From assembly GCA_003168355.1 (NCBI GenBank), contig PMSQ01000134.1, positions 7,222 through 71,221 of the forward strand: a stretch of DNA of 64,000 nucleotides. The letters are read 5' to 3'. The translations under genes were made by a program, and so were the position numbers. The notes under the pieces were generated by a model, which was given only the letters and a program-made list of their open reading frames with translations, ran no database searches and was not told where the DNA came from. This DNA is from Acidobacteriaceae bacterium (GTDB taxonomy: Bacteria > Acidobacteriota > Terriglobia > Terriglobales > Acidobacteriaceae). Positions 7,639 to 16,166 of the stretch are shown piece by piece; within the stretch, counting starts at the first letter, position 1; each line of letters starts with the position of its first letter.

Positions 7639-8838
7639 ATGAGCCCCAGCCGATCTCCCATCCCGTTCTTCCTTTCACTCGCCGTTCTCGCCGCGGTCGT
7701 CACCTCCGCCCTCTACATCAATCTCGACCTTCCTTATCTAGGTTTCGCCGCCGCCTCAGCCTTCCTGTTTCATGTCCACTCCAAACCCGGCTGGAAGCAA
7801 TTGCTGCTCGCCGTCGCCATCGCCGTGGTCCTCGGAGGCTTGCGGCTTTGGGTAATCGGCTACCCTCCTGACATGTCCGGCTTCAAGGCCGCCATGCTCG
7901 GCCTGGGCAGCTTTCTCGTGCTTGGCATCCGCGCCGCGAAATCCACCGGCACTGAACGCAAACGGCTGTTCGTTCTCCTCGGCCCGGCGCTCGGACTCGT
8001 GATTTTCATCTTCGCTGTCCAGCACGCACTCAACCTTACGGGCCGGCTGTATCCCAAAACTTTCGATCTCTACCTCTACGTCTTCGATGGCAGCTTCGGA
8101 TTCCAGCCCAGCTTCGCCCTGGGACGCCTCTTCCACGCCTCCGCGCCAATTCGTATCCTCGGCTATCTCACCTACCAAACTCTTCCGCTGGCGATGGCCC
8201 TCGTCTACCTCGGCTACATCGATCCCCATGCGACCAAGCCGAATTGGAATCTGCTCCGCCTCTTCTTCGGCACCGGCCTTCTCGGATGGCTCTTCTACAA
8301 CTTCGTTCCCGCGACCGGCCCGGTCTATGCCTTTCCCGGCGCATTTCCCAACGGTGCCCCTCCGCAGCTTCAGCTACTCCTCCAGCGCATTTCCGTCAAC
8401 CCCGATTTCCCGCGCAACGCCATCCCGTCGCTGCACATGACCTGGGTGCTTCTTCTCTGGTGGAGTTGCCGCCCTTTTCCGCGCTGGGCCCGCGTCGCAT
8501 CTCTCCTGTATCTGCTCGGGACCCTCTTGGCCACCATGGGCACGGGCGAGCATTACTTTGTCGATCTCGTGGCCGCGGTTCCTTTTGCCCTGACGGTAGA
8601 AGCGCTCTGCCAATCTTCCATTCCTTTTCGCACCCGGCTTCTCCCGCTGTTCGCAGGACTTTCTCTCACCTTCATGTGGCTGGCTCTTGTTCGCTTCGGC
8701 GCGCCCCTGGTACTCAAGTCAAGCTTGCTCCCATGGACGCTGACTGCGCTGTCTACCCTGGCGGTCCTCTTCCTCGAGCCACGCTTGACTACTCTTTTCC
8801 CTCGTAAGCCCGCTTCAATTCTGCCACATCAATCTTGA
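7639..8838 (+). CDS. Polytopic membrane protein, PAP2-superfamily-like (IPC/sphingomyelin-synthase-type motifs)
   Basis: About 10 TM segments. PSLH and GEHYFVD motifs near the C-terminus. Confidence 0.5.
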   Translation: MSPSRSPIPFFLSLAVLAAVVTSALYINLDLPYLGFAAASAFLFHVHSKPGWKQLLLAVAIAVVLGGLRLWVIGYPPDMSGFKAAMLGLGSFLVLGIRAAKSTGTERKRLFVLLGPALGLVIFIFAVQHALNLTGRLYPKTFDLYLYVFDGSFGFQPSFALGRLFHASAPIRILGYLTYQTLPLAMALVYLGYIDPHATKPNWNLLRLFFGTGLLGWLFYNFVPATGPVYAFPGAFPNGAPPQLQLLLQRISVNPDFPRNAIPSLHMTWVLLLWWSCRPFPRWARVASLLYLLGTLLATMGTGEHYFVDLVAAVPFALTVEALCQSSIPFRTRLLPLFAGLSLTFMWLALVRFGAPLVLKSSLLPWTLTALSTLAVLFLEPRLTTLFPRKPASILPHQS

Positions 8839-9265
8839 TCATCTTCATCATCGCCTTCATTACCCTTTGTGACTTCTGCGGATCTTTGTCGCCCAGCAAT
8901 TCTCCCAGCGTCTTCGGAATGATCTGCCATGACACCCCAAATTTATCTTTCAGCCAGCCACACTGCACGGTTTCTCCGCCTGCGGAGAGCTTTTTCCACA
9001 ATTCGTCTACTTCTTCCTGCGTCTCGCAATTCACAAAAAACGAAATCGCTGGCGTGAACTTATAGTGTGGACCACCATTCAGCGCCATGAACTCCTGTCC
9101 TTCGAGCTGAAAGGTCGCGGTCATTACCGATCCCTTGGGCCCGGGTCCGGCGTCTCCATATCGCCGGATCTTTCCAATCTTTGAGTTCTTAAAAATCGAT
9201 GTGTAAAAGTTCATTGCCTCTTCTGCATTACCGTCGAACCACAAGAATGGCGTGATTTTCTGCAT
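8789..9265 (-). CDS. VOC (glyoxalase-fold) family protein, PhnB-like
   Basis: [17 protein letters not shown]...[14 protein letters not shown] is typical of this family. Confidence 0.85.
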   Translation of the reverse strand: MQKITPFLWFDGNAEEAMNFYTSIFKNSKIGKIRRYGDAGPGPKGSVMTATFQLEGQEFMALNGGPHYKFTPAISFFVNCETQEEVDELWKKLSAGGETVQCGWLKDKFGVSWQIIPKTLGELLGDKDPQKSQRVMKAMMKMIKIDVAELKRAYEGKE

Positions 9266-9293
9266 AAACGTTCTCTCCTTATAGTGTTTCTTA

Positions 9294-9800
9294 CTACGCG
9301 CTTAACGCTTCGCGCCCCTGCAATGGCAAGAATCTCTCCAGTCTGTCGTAGCTCGCCGCCAGGCCGGTCTGCATCGGCGACTTAAGCACAGCATCTCGCG
9401 TCTCGCGCGAGTTATACAGAATCGTCTGCGTAAGCGTGGTCTTGCCTTCCTGCTCGACCAGCGCAATCGTATCCACCGCCTCACCCGGATACCACGCCTC
9501 GTCGAACACCTCAGTGACAACAATGCGCTCAGGAGCCACTACTTCCCGATAGACGCCGCCCATCCCCATTTCACGCCCGTCGCTGTCGCTTCTCCACACA
9601 TAGCGATACTTGCCCCCGGCCCTCAAGTCGATCTCACATACGGGCATGGACCAACCATCGGGTCCCAGCAGCCACCTTTTGATCAATTCCGGCTTGGTGT
9701 ATGCGTCGAATACCATTTGTCGCGGCGCATCGAAGATTCGCGTTATCACAATCTCGCGGTCGCCATGTGCCGTAATTTTGAATGTTCCGCTGTTTTTCAT
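9294..9800 (-). CDS. SRPBCC / Aha1-domain protein
   Basis: [25 protein letters not shown]...GGKYRYVW pattern. Confidence 0.85.
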   Translation of the reverse strand: MKNSGTFKITAHGDREIVITRIFDAPRQMVFDAYTKPELIKRWLLGPDGWSMPVCEIDLRAGGKYRYVWRSDSDGREMGMGGVYREVVAPERIVVTEVFDEAWYPGEAVDTIALVEQEGKTTLTQTILYNSRETRDAVLKSPMQTGLAASYDRLERFLPLQGREALSA

Positions 9801-9838
9801 TGCTGATCTCCTTTATCGGTAATAACTCAGTGCAATTG

Positions 9839-10273
9839 TCATTCCGAACAAGCGTTTTTTGCGCGGTGAGGAATCTGGGCGAGCCGCGCGATGCGGCGCG
9901 CTTTTTGCGACGCATTACTCGCGCGTTTGGCTCGCTTCCCAATTCCCTCAGTTTGCATATCCTGTAAAAGTGCGTCCAGACGATGGAACTGCGCCTCCCA
10001 GAACTGGCGGTACATCTCGAGCCACTCGGTGGCATTGCGAAGCGGCCGCGCCTCCAGTCGCCGCGGACGGCGTTGTGCATCCCGCCCGCGCGAAATCAAT
10101 CCCGCGCGTTCCAGCACTTTAAGGTGCTTGGAAATCGCTGGCTGGCTCATCGCGAACGGCTCCGCCAGGTCCATCACCGAAGTCTCGCCCTTGGCCAGTC
10201 GAGCCAGAATGGCTCTGCGCGTGGGATCGGCCAGCGCCGCGAACGTAGCGTCGAGATGATTGGCAGCCGCCAT
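9839..10273 (-). CDS. ArsR/SmtB family transcriptional regulator
   Basis: FAALADPTRRAILARL...SQPAISKHLKVLERAGLI (wHTH). Confidence 0.85.
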   Translation of the reverse strand: MAAANHLDATFAALADPTRRAILARLAKGETSVMDLAEPFAMSQPAISKHLKVLERAGLISRGRDAQRRPRRLEARPLRNATEWLEMYRQFWEAQFHRLDALLQDMQTEGIGKRAKRASNASQKARRIARLAQIPHRAKNACSE

Positions 10274-10420
10274 TCCATAACCTTTCAGTTTAATAACCTA
10301 ATGGTAATATACAGTCCATCCGCTGTCAAGTGCCGGGCGCCGCATTTCTCGCGCTCTTCGTCCTAAACCCCTTGCCGTCGCATCGATTAAAATCAAAAGG
10401 GGAAGGGAAGCGCACACTGG

Positions 10421-10466
10421 ACCGGGCCAAAGACGACCGGCCAACAGCGAACGACGAACGACCGCC
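10421..10466 (+). repeat. Period-7 degenerate repeat abutting the pdxT start (ACCGGGC CAAAGAC GACCGGC CAACAGC GAACGAC GAACGAC CGCC|ATG)
   Basis: Read directly from the sequence. There is no purine-rich SD between the repeat and the ATG. Confidence 0.7.
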
Positions 10467-11063
10467 ATGAAAATAGGAGTCCTGGCCCTGCAGGGCGATT
10501 TCGACGCCCACCGCCGTCGGCTCGAAGAGCTGGGCGTCGAAGTTGTGCTCGTTAAAAAGCCCGGGCAGCTCGACCAAATCGACGGCCTCGTGATCCCCGG
10601 AGGCGAGTCCGGCACATTCCTGAAATTGCTGGGAGAAGAAGGTTTCGAAAAATTAAAGCAGTTTGTGCGCCTGAATCCAACCTTTGGCACCTGCGCCGGC
10701 GCAATCCTGTTGGCCACTGAAGTTGAAAATCCCGAGCAGGCCGGCCTCGGCGCAATCGACATCCGCATCCGCCGCAACGCCTACGGACGCCAGCTCGACA
10801 GCTCCATCCGCGAAGGCCGGCTCCTGCAAAGCTCTCTCCACGACAAGCCCGGCTCACCGCTGGAAATGGTTTTCATCCGCGCCCCGAAAATCGAGCACGT
10901 CGGCGCAGCCGTCGAAGTAATCGCCACCGAAGGCAAAGATAATGCTCCGGTCGCAGTCCGGCAGGGAAGAGCCATGGCCGCAACCTTCCATCCCGAACTC
11001 TCGGAGGACACCCGGGTGCATCAAGCTTTTCTTGACCTGGTCTTGAACGGCAGGAAGCGGTGA
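10467..11063 (+). CDS. pdxT: Pyridoxal 5'-phosphate synthase glutaminase subunit PdxT
   Basis: MKIGVLALQGDF...LVIPGGESGT...GTCAG...ATFHPE (class I glutamine amidotransferase triad context). Confidence 0.95.
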   Translation: MKIGVLALQGDFDAHRRRLEELGVEVVLVKKPGQLDQIDGLVIPGGESGTFLKLLGEEGFEKLKQFVRLNPTFGTCAGAILLATEVENPEQAGLGAIDIRIRRNAYGRQLDSSIREGRLLQSSLHDKPGSPLEMVFIRAPKIEHVGAAVEVIATEGKDNAPVAVRQGRAMAATFHPELSEDTRVHQAFLDLVLNGRKR

Positions 11064-11072
11064 TTCGGCTGT

Positions 11073-11100
11073 GTCATCCTGAGCGAAGCGAAGGACCCCA
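11073..11100. repeat. REP family B half-unit (GTCATCCTGAGCGAAGCGAAGGACC)
   Basis: Same 25-mer as 42996-43020. Lies between pdxT and vapC. Confidence 0.8.
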
Positions 11101-11121
11101 TGTACCCCTCAGATTGGCTGA

Positions 11122-11532
11122 TCACTTCGCCGGCAAAAACTCAATCGTCACATCTTTGTGCGCAGCCTTGAAATCAAAATCCGCAGTCACCAGCACACGG
11201 TTCAACCCCCTGCCGGCAAGTTCCACCCCAAACGAGTCCACGTAAGGGATACCCGTCTCTACCTTGATCAATGCCGCGCGCACCGCACTATCTCCATCCG
11301 CAGAGACCACCTTCAACCCGAAGGCGCCCAATCGCGAAAGCACCTGCTCCATCTCGCGTCTTCCGTAAAGCTTGCAGGTGATCCCGGCAATCTCGCCCCA
11401 ATGAGCGGCCGGCGTTACAGCCTCGCAATCGCCGGCAAGATGCCCTTTGATGATCTCCGCCACTCGGTCCGATCCGGCCTGATTGTGCAGATAGCGCAAG
11501 ACCGCGCTGGAATCAAGTACGTACGTTACCAT
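11122..11532 (-). CDS. vapC: PIN-domain toxin VapC
   Basis: MVTYVLDSSAVL...VTADFDF. The start ATGGTAA overlaps the antitoxin stop codon. Confidence 0.85.
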   Translation of the reverse strand: MVTYVLDSSAVLRYLHNQAGSDRVAEIIKGHLAGDCEAVTPAAHWGEIAGITCKLYGRREMEQVLSRLGAFGLKVVSADGDSAVRAALIKVETGIPYVDSFGVELAGRGLNRVLVTADFDFKAAHKDVTIEFLPAK

Positions 11533-11762
11533 CGATCTTCTCGCCGCCACTTGCGCCTGAGCTTTTCCGCAAGATAAGACTTTCCCTTCAACATACCGCG
11601 AGTTTTATCGACAAGTTCGTTCGTAACCGGCTGCAGGGTTATTTTCGCACCGTCCTGGGTCACGGCAATCCGCGTTCCCGGCTTGATCCCAAGTGCAGAA
11701 CGCATGTCGGAAGGGATTACAAACTGCCCTTTTGTGCTTACCGTTGTGATCTGACGATTCAT
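11526..11762 (-). CDS. vapB: AbrB/SpoVT-type antitoxin VapB
   Basis: TTVSTKGQFVIPSDMRSALGIKPGTRI is a SpoVT-AbrB fold signature. The ATG at 11762 is preferred over the TTG at 11780. Confidence 0.8.
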   Translation of the reverse strand: MNRQITTVSTKGQFVIPSDMRSALGIKPGTRIAVTQDGAKITLQPVTNELVDKTRGMLKGKSYLAEKLRRKWRREDRW

Positions 11763-11811
11763 GCTTACATTATACTGCAATGTAAGAATACTTCCGCGCT
11801 AAACTTTTCTC

Positions 11812-11845
11812 TTGACAAGTTTCGTCGCGTAACTGTAGGGTTACG
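11812..11845 (+). promoter_or_regulatory. Candidate promoter (TTGACA-N18-TAGGGT) with an overlapping inverted repeat CGTAAC-N6-GTTACG, upstream of arsR
   Basis: TTGACA at 11812-11817. Inverted repeat at 11828-11845. The ATG at 11850 has no SD, suggesting a leaderless or very short leader. Confidence 0.3.
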
Positions 11846-11849
11846 CATT

Positions 11850-12236
11850 ATGCGGAACCGTTCGGTTACATATTCCTCCGAGGCCACCTTCCAGGCGCTG
11901 GCCGATCCCACCCGCCGCGCCGTTCTCGATCTTCTGCGCCGCGGCAGCCTGCCTGCCGGGGAAATTGCCGGAGCATTTTCGGTTTCCCGACCCGCCATCT
12001 CCAAGCACCTGCGCCTGCTCCGCCGCGCCCACCTGGTGCGGGAGCACCGCGAAGGCCGCAACCGCGTTTACCAGCTCAATCCCGAACCTCTGCGCGCCGT
12101 CGACTCGTGGCTCGATCAATACCGCAACTTCTGGAGAATGAACCTCACAAGTCTGAAAACCTTTGTCGAGGCCGAACACGCCAAAGAAACCCATGCTGCA
12201 AAACTAAATAGGAAGACTTCAAAAGGAGACCTCTAA
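11850..12236 (+). CDS. ArsR/SmtB family transcriptional regulator
   Basis: FQALADPTRRAVLDLL...SRPAISKHLRLLRRAHLV. Confidence 0.85.
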   Translation: MRNRSVTYSSEATFQALADPTRRAVLDLLRRGSLPAGEIAGAFSVSRPAISKHLRLLRRAHLVREHREGRNRVYQLNPEPLRAVDSWLDQYRNFWRMNLTSLKTFVEAEHAKETHAAKLNRKTSKGDL

Positions 12237-12237
12237 C

Positions 12238-12747
12238 ATGAAATCACTTCGCATCGCACTCTCAGTCTTGTTGCTTTTCGCTGCAACCGCCGCTCTGGCG
12301 CAAACCGCCACTCAAAAATCATTCGATCAACTCAAATCCCTTGCCGGTTCCTGGCAAGGCAAGACCGCCGACGGCAAGCCCGTACAGGTCTCCTTTCGCG
12401 ACACCGCCGCTGGTTCTGCCCTGATGAGCGAAATTGTGGGCCACGGTCCCTCCAACATGGTTTCCATGTTCACCCTTGACGGACCCAACCGCATTGTCCT
12501 CACTCACTACTGCAGCGTCGGCAACCAGCCGCGCATGGCAGCCACCGTTTCCCCGGACGGCAAAACCTTTACGTTCGACTACTTCGACGCCACCAATCTC
12601 GCGACCCCGGACGCCGGCCACATGCAGCGCGTCGTAGTCACCATCGTCGACGCCGACCATCACACCGAAGATTGGACCTTCACCGACCATGACAAGCAGA
12701 TGAAAGAATTCTTCGACCTCCACCGCAGCGAACTGGCCCAAAAATAA
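12238..12747 (+). CDS. Secreted hypothetical protein (possibly DUF1579-like)
   Basis: Signal peptide ending AALAQT. Translationally coupled to arsR, starting 1 nt after its stop codon. Confidence 0.6.
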   Translation: MKSLRIALSVLLLFAATAALAQTATQKSFDQLKSLAGSWQGKTADGKPVQVSFRDTAAGSALMSEIVGHGPSNMVSMFTLDGPNRIVLTHYCSVGNQPRMAATVSPDGKTFTFDYFDATNLATPDAGHMQRVVVTIVDADHHTEDWTFTDHDKQMKEFFDLHRSELAQK

Positions 12748-12753
12748 TCGGGC

Positions 12754-12792
12754 GGGTGCCCCATTTCTCGCGTCCTTTGCGAGAAGTGGGGA
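12754..12792. repeat. REP family A variant (GGGTGCCCCATTTCTCGC-GTCCTTT-GCGAGAAGTGGGG)
   Basis: Same architecture as 2963-2999, with compensatory changes in both arms. Confidence 0.75.
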
Positions 12793-12829
12793 TTTCCCAA
12801 CCGACCGCAGACCGAAAGCAGAAACCACC

Positions 12830-13309
12830 ATGACGAAACCTGAATCCGTAATCATCGCCAACAACGACGCTATCGTCACCGAGATCCACATAAGCGCTCC
12901 TCCGGCCAGAGTATTCAAGGCGCTCACCGACGACCGCGAACTTCTGCGCTGGTTCACCGATGACAGTTGCCCGGTGAAGCTCTGGCAAATGGACGCCCGT
13001 TCCGGCGGCAGCTATCGCTACGCCACCGAGAAGGGAACAATCGTCGTCAATGGCGTCACCGAGTTCGAGTGTCACGGCGAGATTCTCGAATTCGATCCTC
13101 CGCACCTTCTCGTCTACACCTGGATCGCAAACTGGCACGACGACAAATCGCGCCGCACCGTCGTCCGTTGGGAGCTCACTTCCGACGCGGCCGGAACTCG
13201 CGTCAAAGTTACTCACAGCGGCCTCGCCCGGGAAAATGTTGCCCGCAAGGACTACAGCGGCGGATGGCCGGGTGTTCTCGAAAACCTCAAGAAATTCGTA
13301 GAGACATAA
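12830..13309 (+). CDS. SRPBCC / Aha1-domain protein
   Basis: ISAPPARVFKALTDDRELLRWF...GGSYRY...PPHLLVYTW. Confidence 0.85.
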   Translation: MTKPESVIIANNDAIVTEIHISAPPARVFKALTDDRELLRWFTDDSCPVKLWQMDARSGGSYRYATEKGTIVVNGVTEFECHGEILEFDPPHLLVYTWIANWHDDKSRRTVVRWELTSDAAGTRVKVTHSGLARENVARKDYSGGWPGVLENLKKFVET

Positions 13310-13337
13310 ACATGTGGAACGGACACTCTTGTCCGTC

Positions 13338-13390
13338 GCCTTTGCTTTTGATTTTGTTTTCGCCTTTGATCTTGCTTTTGATTTTTGACC
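13338..13390. repeat. T-rich periodic repeat (GCCTTTGCTTTTGATTTTGTTTTC / GCCTTTGATCTTGCTTTTGATTTTTG), preceded by the hairpin ACGGACA-CTC-TTGTCCGT
   Basis: Two units of about 25 nt, read directly, in the spacer between two SRPBCC genes. Confidence 0.6.
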
Positions 13391-13418
13391 AACGCTTTCA
13401 CCCTCGCAAGGAGCACGA

Positions 13419-13943
13419 ATGGCAACCGTCGCAATCACTTCCGATCAGAACATGGTCTTTGGTGAGATTTTCATTGCTGCGCCGCCGGCTCGCGTCTTCG
13501 AAGCCCTTACCGACCCAGCCCAAATGCCGCGCTGGTGGGGCCACGAAGATCTCTACCGCATTAAGGAATGGAAAGCCGATCTCCGTGTTGGCGGCAAGTG
13601 GTCGAGCGTAGGCGTAAGCGCCGACGGCAGGCCTTTTCGCATTGACGGTGAATATCTGGAAGTCGATCCGCCTCGCCTGCTCGTCCATACCTGGATCGCT
13701 AGTTACGCCGGCCCGCTCAGGACGATCATTCGTTGGGAGCTTGAGTCGCAAAGTGTGCACAACCTGCACCCGAGCGGTCCGCAGCGCGCGGGCACGGGCA
13801 CACTGTTAAAACTCCGCCATGAAGGCTTCGCCGCCAATCCTGTCGTTGGAGCCAGCTACTCGGAAGGTTGGAAGCGCGTGCTGGGATGGCTGACCGATTA
13901 TCTGGAAAAAGGAGAAACCGCCGACACCCGGCGCTCCGATTGA
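13419..13943 (+). CDS. SRPBCC / Aha1-domain protein
   Basis: IAAPPARVFEALTDPAQMPRWW...GGKW...PPRLLVHTW. Paralogue of 12830..13309. Confidence 0.85.
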   Translation: MATVAITSDQNMVFGEIFIAAPPARVFEALTDPAQMPRWWGHEDLYRIKEWKADLRVGGKWSSVGVSADGRPFRIDGEYLEVDPPRLLVHTWIASYAGPLRTIIRWELESQSVHNLHPSGPQRAGTGTLLKLRHEGFAANPVVGASYSEGWKRVLGWLTDYLEKGETADTRRSD

Positions 13944-13975
13944 CGCATTGCCCGGCCGCAGACGACAATGCTGGC

Positions 13976-14524
13976 ATGAAGCAGATACGCTGCGCCGCAA
14001 AGAGCCTCACCACCGTGATCGCCGTCACAGCAGTCGTTTGCGCGGCAATTTCTTTTGGTCTGGTTTCCTCCGCCTACGCGCAAACCGCTTCCGTTCAGAA
14101 GGGAACATCCATGCCGATTCACGCCACCGGACCATTCGACGTCAAACTCGCCCCTCAGACAGACGACAAAGTCGGCGACCCCACCGTCGGAAGAATGTCC
14201 ATCGATAAACAATTCCACGGAGATCTCGAAGCCACCAGCAAGGGCCAGATGCTAACTGCTATGACCGAGATCAAAGGCTCGGCTGGTTACGTCGCGATCG
14301 AGCGCGTCACTGGAACCCTGCGCACTCCCGGCGGAGTCCGCAGCGGCAGCTTCGCCCTGCAGCACACCGGCACTCTCAACCGCGGCGTTCCAGAACTTAG
14401 TGTCACGGTCGTCCCCGATTCCGCGACCGGTCAACTGGCCGGCCTCACCGGAAAGATGAAAATCAATATCGCCGACGGAAAACATTCTTACGACTTCGAA
14501 TACACGCTCCCTGACGCCCCGTAG
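13976..14524 (+). CDS. DUF3224-like secreted protein
   Basis: ATG at 13976 gives a signal peptide. GPFDVKL...FHGDLEATSKGQML...GSFALQHTG pattern. Confidence 0.7.
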   Translation: MKQIRCAAKSLTTVIAVTAVVCAAISFGLVSSAYAQTASVQKGTSMPIHATGPFDVKLAPQTDDKVGDPTVGRMSIDKQFHGDLEATSKGQMLTAMTEIKGSAGYVAIERVTGTLRTPGGVRSGSFALQHTGTLNRGVPELSVTVVPDSATGQLAGLTGKMKINIADGKHSYDFEYTLPDAP

Positions 14525-14571
14525 AGAGTCTTAACAACGGAGATGTCCTCTCTGATGCTTTCCCTCGCTTC

Positions 14572-14907
14572 GTGGGGCACTACCCGTTGAATCATGTTTT
14601 TGTGTCAACTGACGGACCACTAGGCCGGCTTCCGCAGATTGACTATGGGACCATTTTCCCCGATGAAATTGGCAAGTCGCGCCCAATACTACAGCTGAAA
14701 CTGAATCCCGACAAACCGAAGCAATTTTTCAATGTATTCATAAGCGCATCAAACGGCTCCTACGTGCAGACCATTTATTTCAAGAAGACTGGCGACAAGT
14801 GGCTGTGGGCCAGTCGTCTTTTTAAGCACGGAAAGAAACGGCCTATCCGGGAATGGGCGACTCCGGGCTTTCCAACGGAGCTAAATACCGAATGGGAGCT
14901 CTACTAG
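14572..14907 (+). CDS. Hypothetical protein (weak)
   Basis: 111-aa ORF with a GTG start in an AT-richer patch. No SD and no family recognised. Confidence 0.3.
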   Translation: MGHYPLNHVFVSTDGPLGRLPQIDYGTIFPDEIGKSRPILQLKLNPDKPKQFFNVFISASNGSYVQTIYFKKTGDKWLWASRLFKHGKKRPIREWATPGFPTELNTEWELY

Positions 14908-15006
14908 GTTCTGATTTCGTAACAGGAATCTTTTTATCCTTGACAGGAGCCTGCGGCCTGCTACATTGCGGCGTTTAAGGAAGCTAATCTTCCGAAGGAG
15001 GCCCCT

Positions 15007-15996
15007 ATGAAACGTTGTGCCGCAGGATTTTTTCTCGCGCTGCTTCTGGCCGCAACCTCCGCCCCAGCCAAAGACAAGATGCCGCCTCTCAATCCGCTGA
15101 AAGGCACTCCCGCTCCCTCCGCTCCAGCGAACCCCGATCACTTTGTATTCATCGTTGCGGGAGACAACCGCCCGAAAGATCCGTCGATCACCCCAACCGA
15201 CACCGTCAAGCAGATATTCCAGGACATCGCGAAAGAAGCGCCCGCATTCGTGTTATGGAGCGGCGACATAATCTCCGGCAAAGATACTTCCGGGCCAATC
15301 ACCCAGGAGTATCAAGCCTTTCTCGCCGTCGCCGCCACCGGAGGCGCGGCCGTTTATAACGCTCCGGGCAATCACGAGATGAACAAGCACGACAATTGCC
15401 CCAGCGACAAAATGTTGAAGTACTACCTTAACGACACCGGCCAGGACGAGCCCTATGGTTGGTTTGACTACGGGAACTCACGATTTATCGCTTTGGACAC
15501 CGACGAAGCAACGCCCTCCGGCGATAAGTGTAACTGCAGTCTGTTCTCCGGAGACGACAAGCCCCCGGGCTATATCAGCAAACACCAGATGGACCTTTTA
15601 GAGGAGGAACTAAAAGACGCCAAAGAGGCCAAGAAGGCACACATATTTTTGTTTATGCACCGCCCAATCAAGGGCTACAACGGAAAGGATCAACTCTGCG
15701 AAGACAACGTCACCAAACTAAAAAAGATGTTCGAAGATTATCCCAATCTCTCGTTCGTGGTGGCCGGGCACCAGCACATGTACTACAACGATGAGGGCAA
15801 AGGTGACGAGAGATTCTGCGCTCCGCCGGAGCGGACCGATCCCGGTAAAAAGCCCTTCTACCTCGTATCCGGTGGCGCAGGAGCGCCGCTGAAAGGGAAT
15901 AAGGGCGGCTTTTTCCACTACCTCATCTTCACCGTGGACAAAGACAAGGTCAGCGTGAAGCTGGTGCCGCTGGATAAGAAGTATGAATGCAAGTAG
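15007..15996 (+). CDS. Secreted metallophosphoesterase (calcineurin-like)
   Basis: Signal peptide plus the GDNR, GNHE and GHQH motifs. Confidence 0.85.
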   Translation: MKRCAAGFFLALLLAATSAPAKDKMPPLNPLKGTPAPSAPANPDHFVFIVAGDNRPKDPSITPTDTVKQIFQDIAKEAPAFVLWSGDIISGKDTSGPITQEYQAFLAVAATGGAAVYNAPGNHEMNKHDNCPSDKMLKYYLNDTGQDEPYGWFDYGNSRFIALDTDEATPSGDKCNCSLFSGDDKPPGYISKHQMDLLEEELKDAKEAKKAHIFLFMHRPIKGYNGKDQLCEDNVTKLKKMFEDYPNLSFVVAGHQHMYYNDEGKGDERFCAPPERTDPGKKPFYLVSGGAGAPLKGNKGGFFHYLIFTVDKDKVSVKLVPLDKKYECK

Positions 15997-16166
15997 TGGC
16001 GGATTGCAGCCTCGGTTCCTGCCTAAGCGTCTGCCTCCGCAAAGGCGTCCCCCGCTGCTGCCACAGCAAGAATCTCGACCTCGGCTGCGCCATCTGCCCC
16101 TAGCGCGGCTAAGTTCATTCATCACAGACAAGAGCCTCTTTGCCCCACGGGTTATACTAGGCCCAT

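Noticed and set aside
12680-13438. 252-aa ORF on the minus strand across an SRPBCC gene, containing a KSKARSKAKTKSKAK stretch
   Set aside because: The Lys/Ser stretch is simply the translation of the T-rich periodic intergenic repeat (13338-13390). The rest is antisense to a confident gene.
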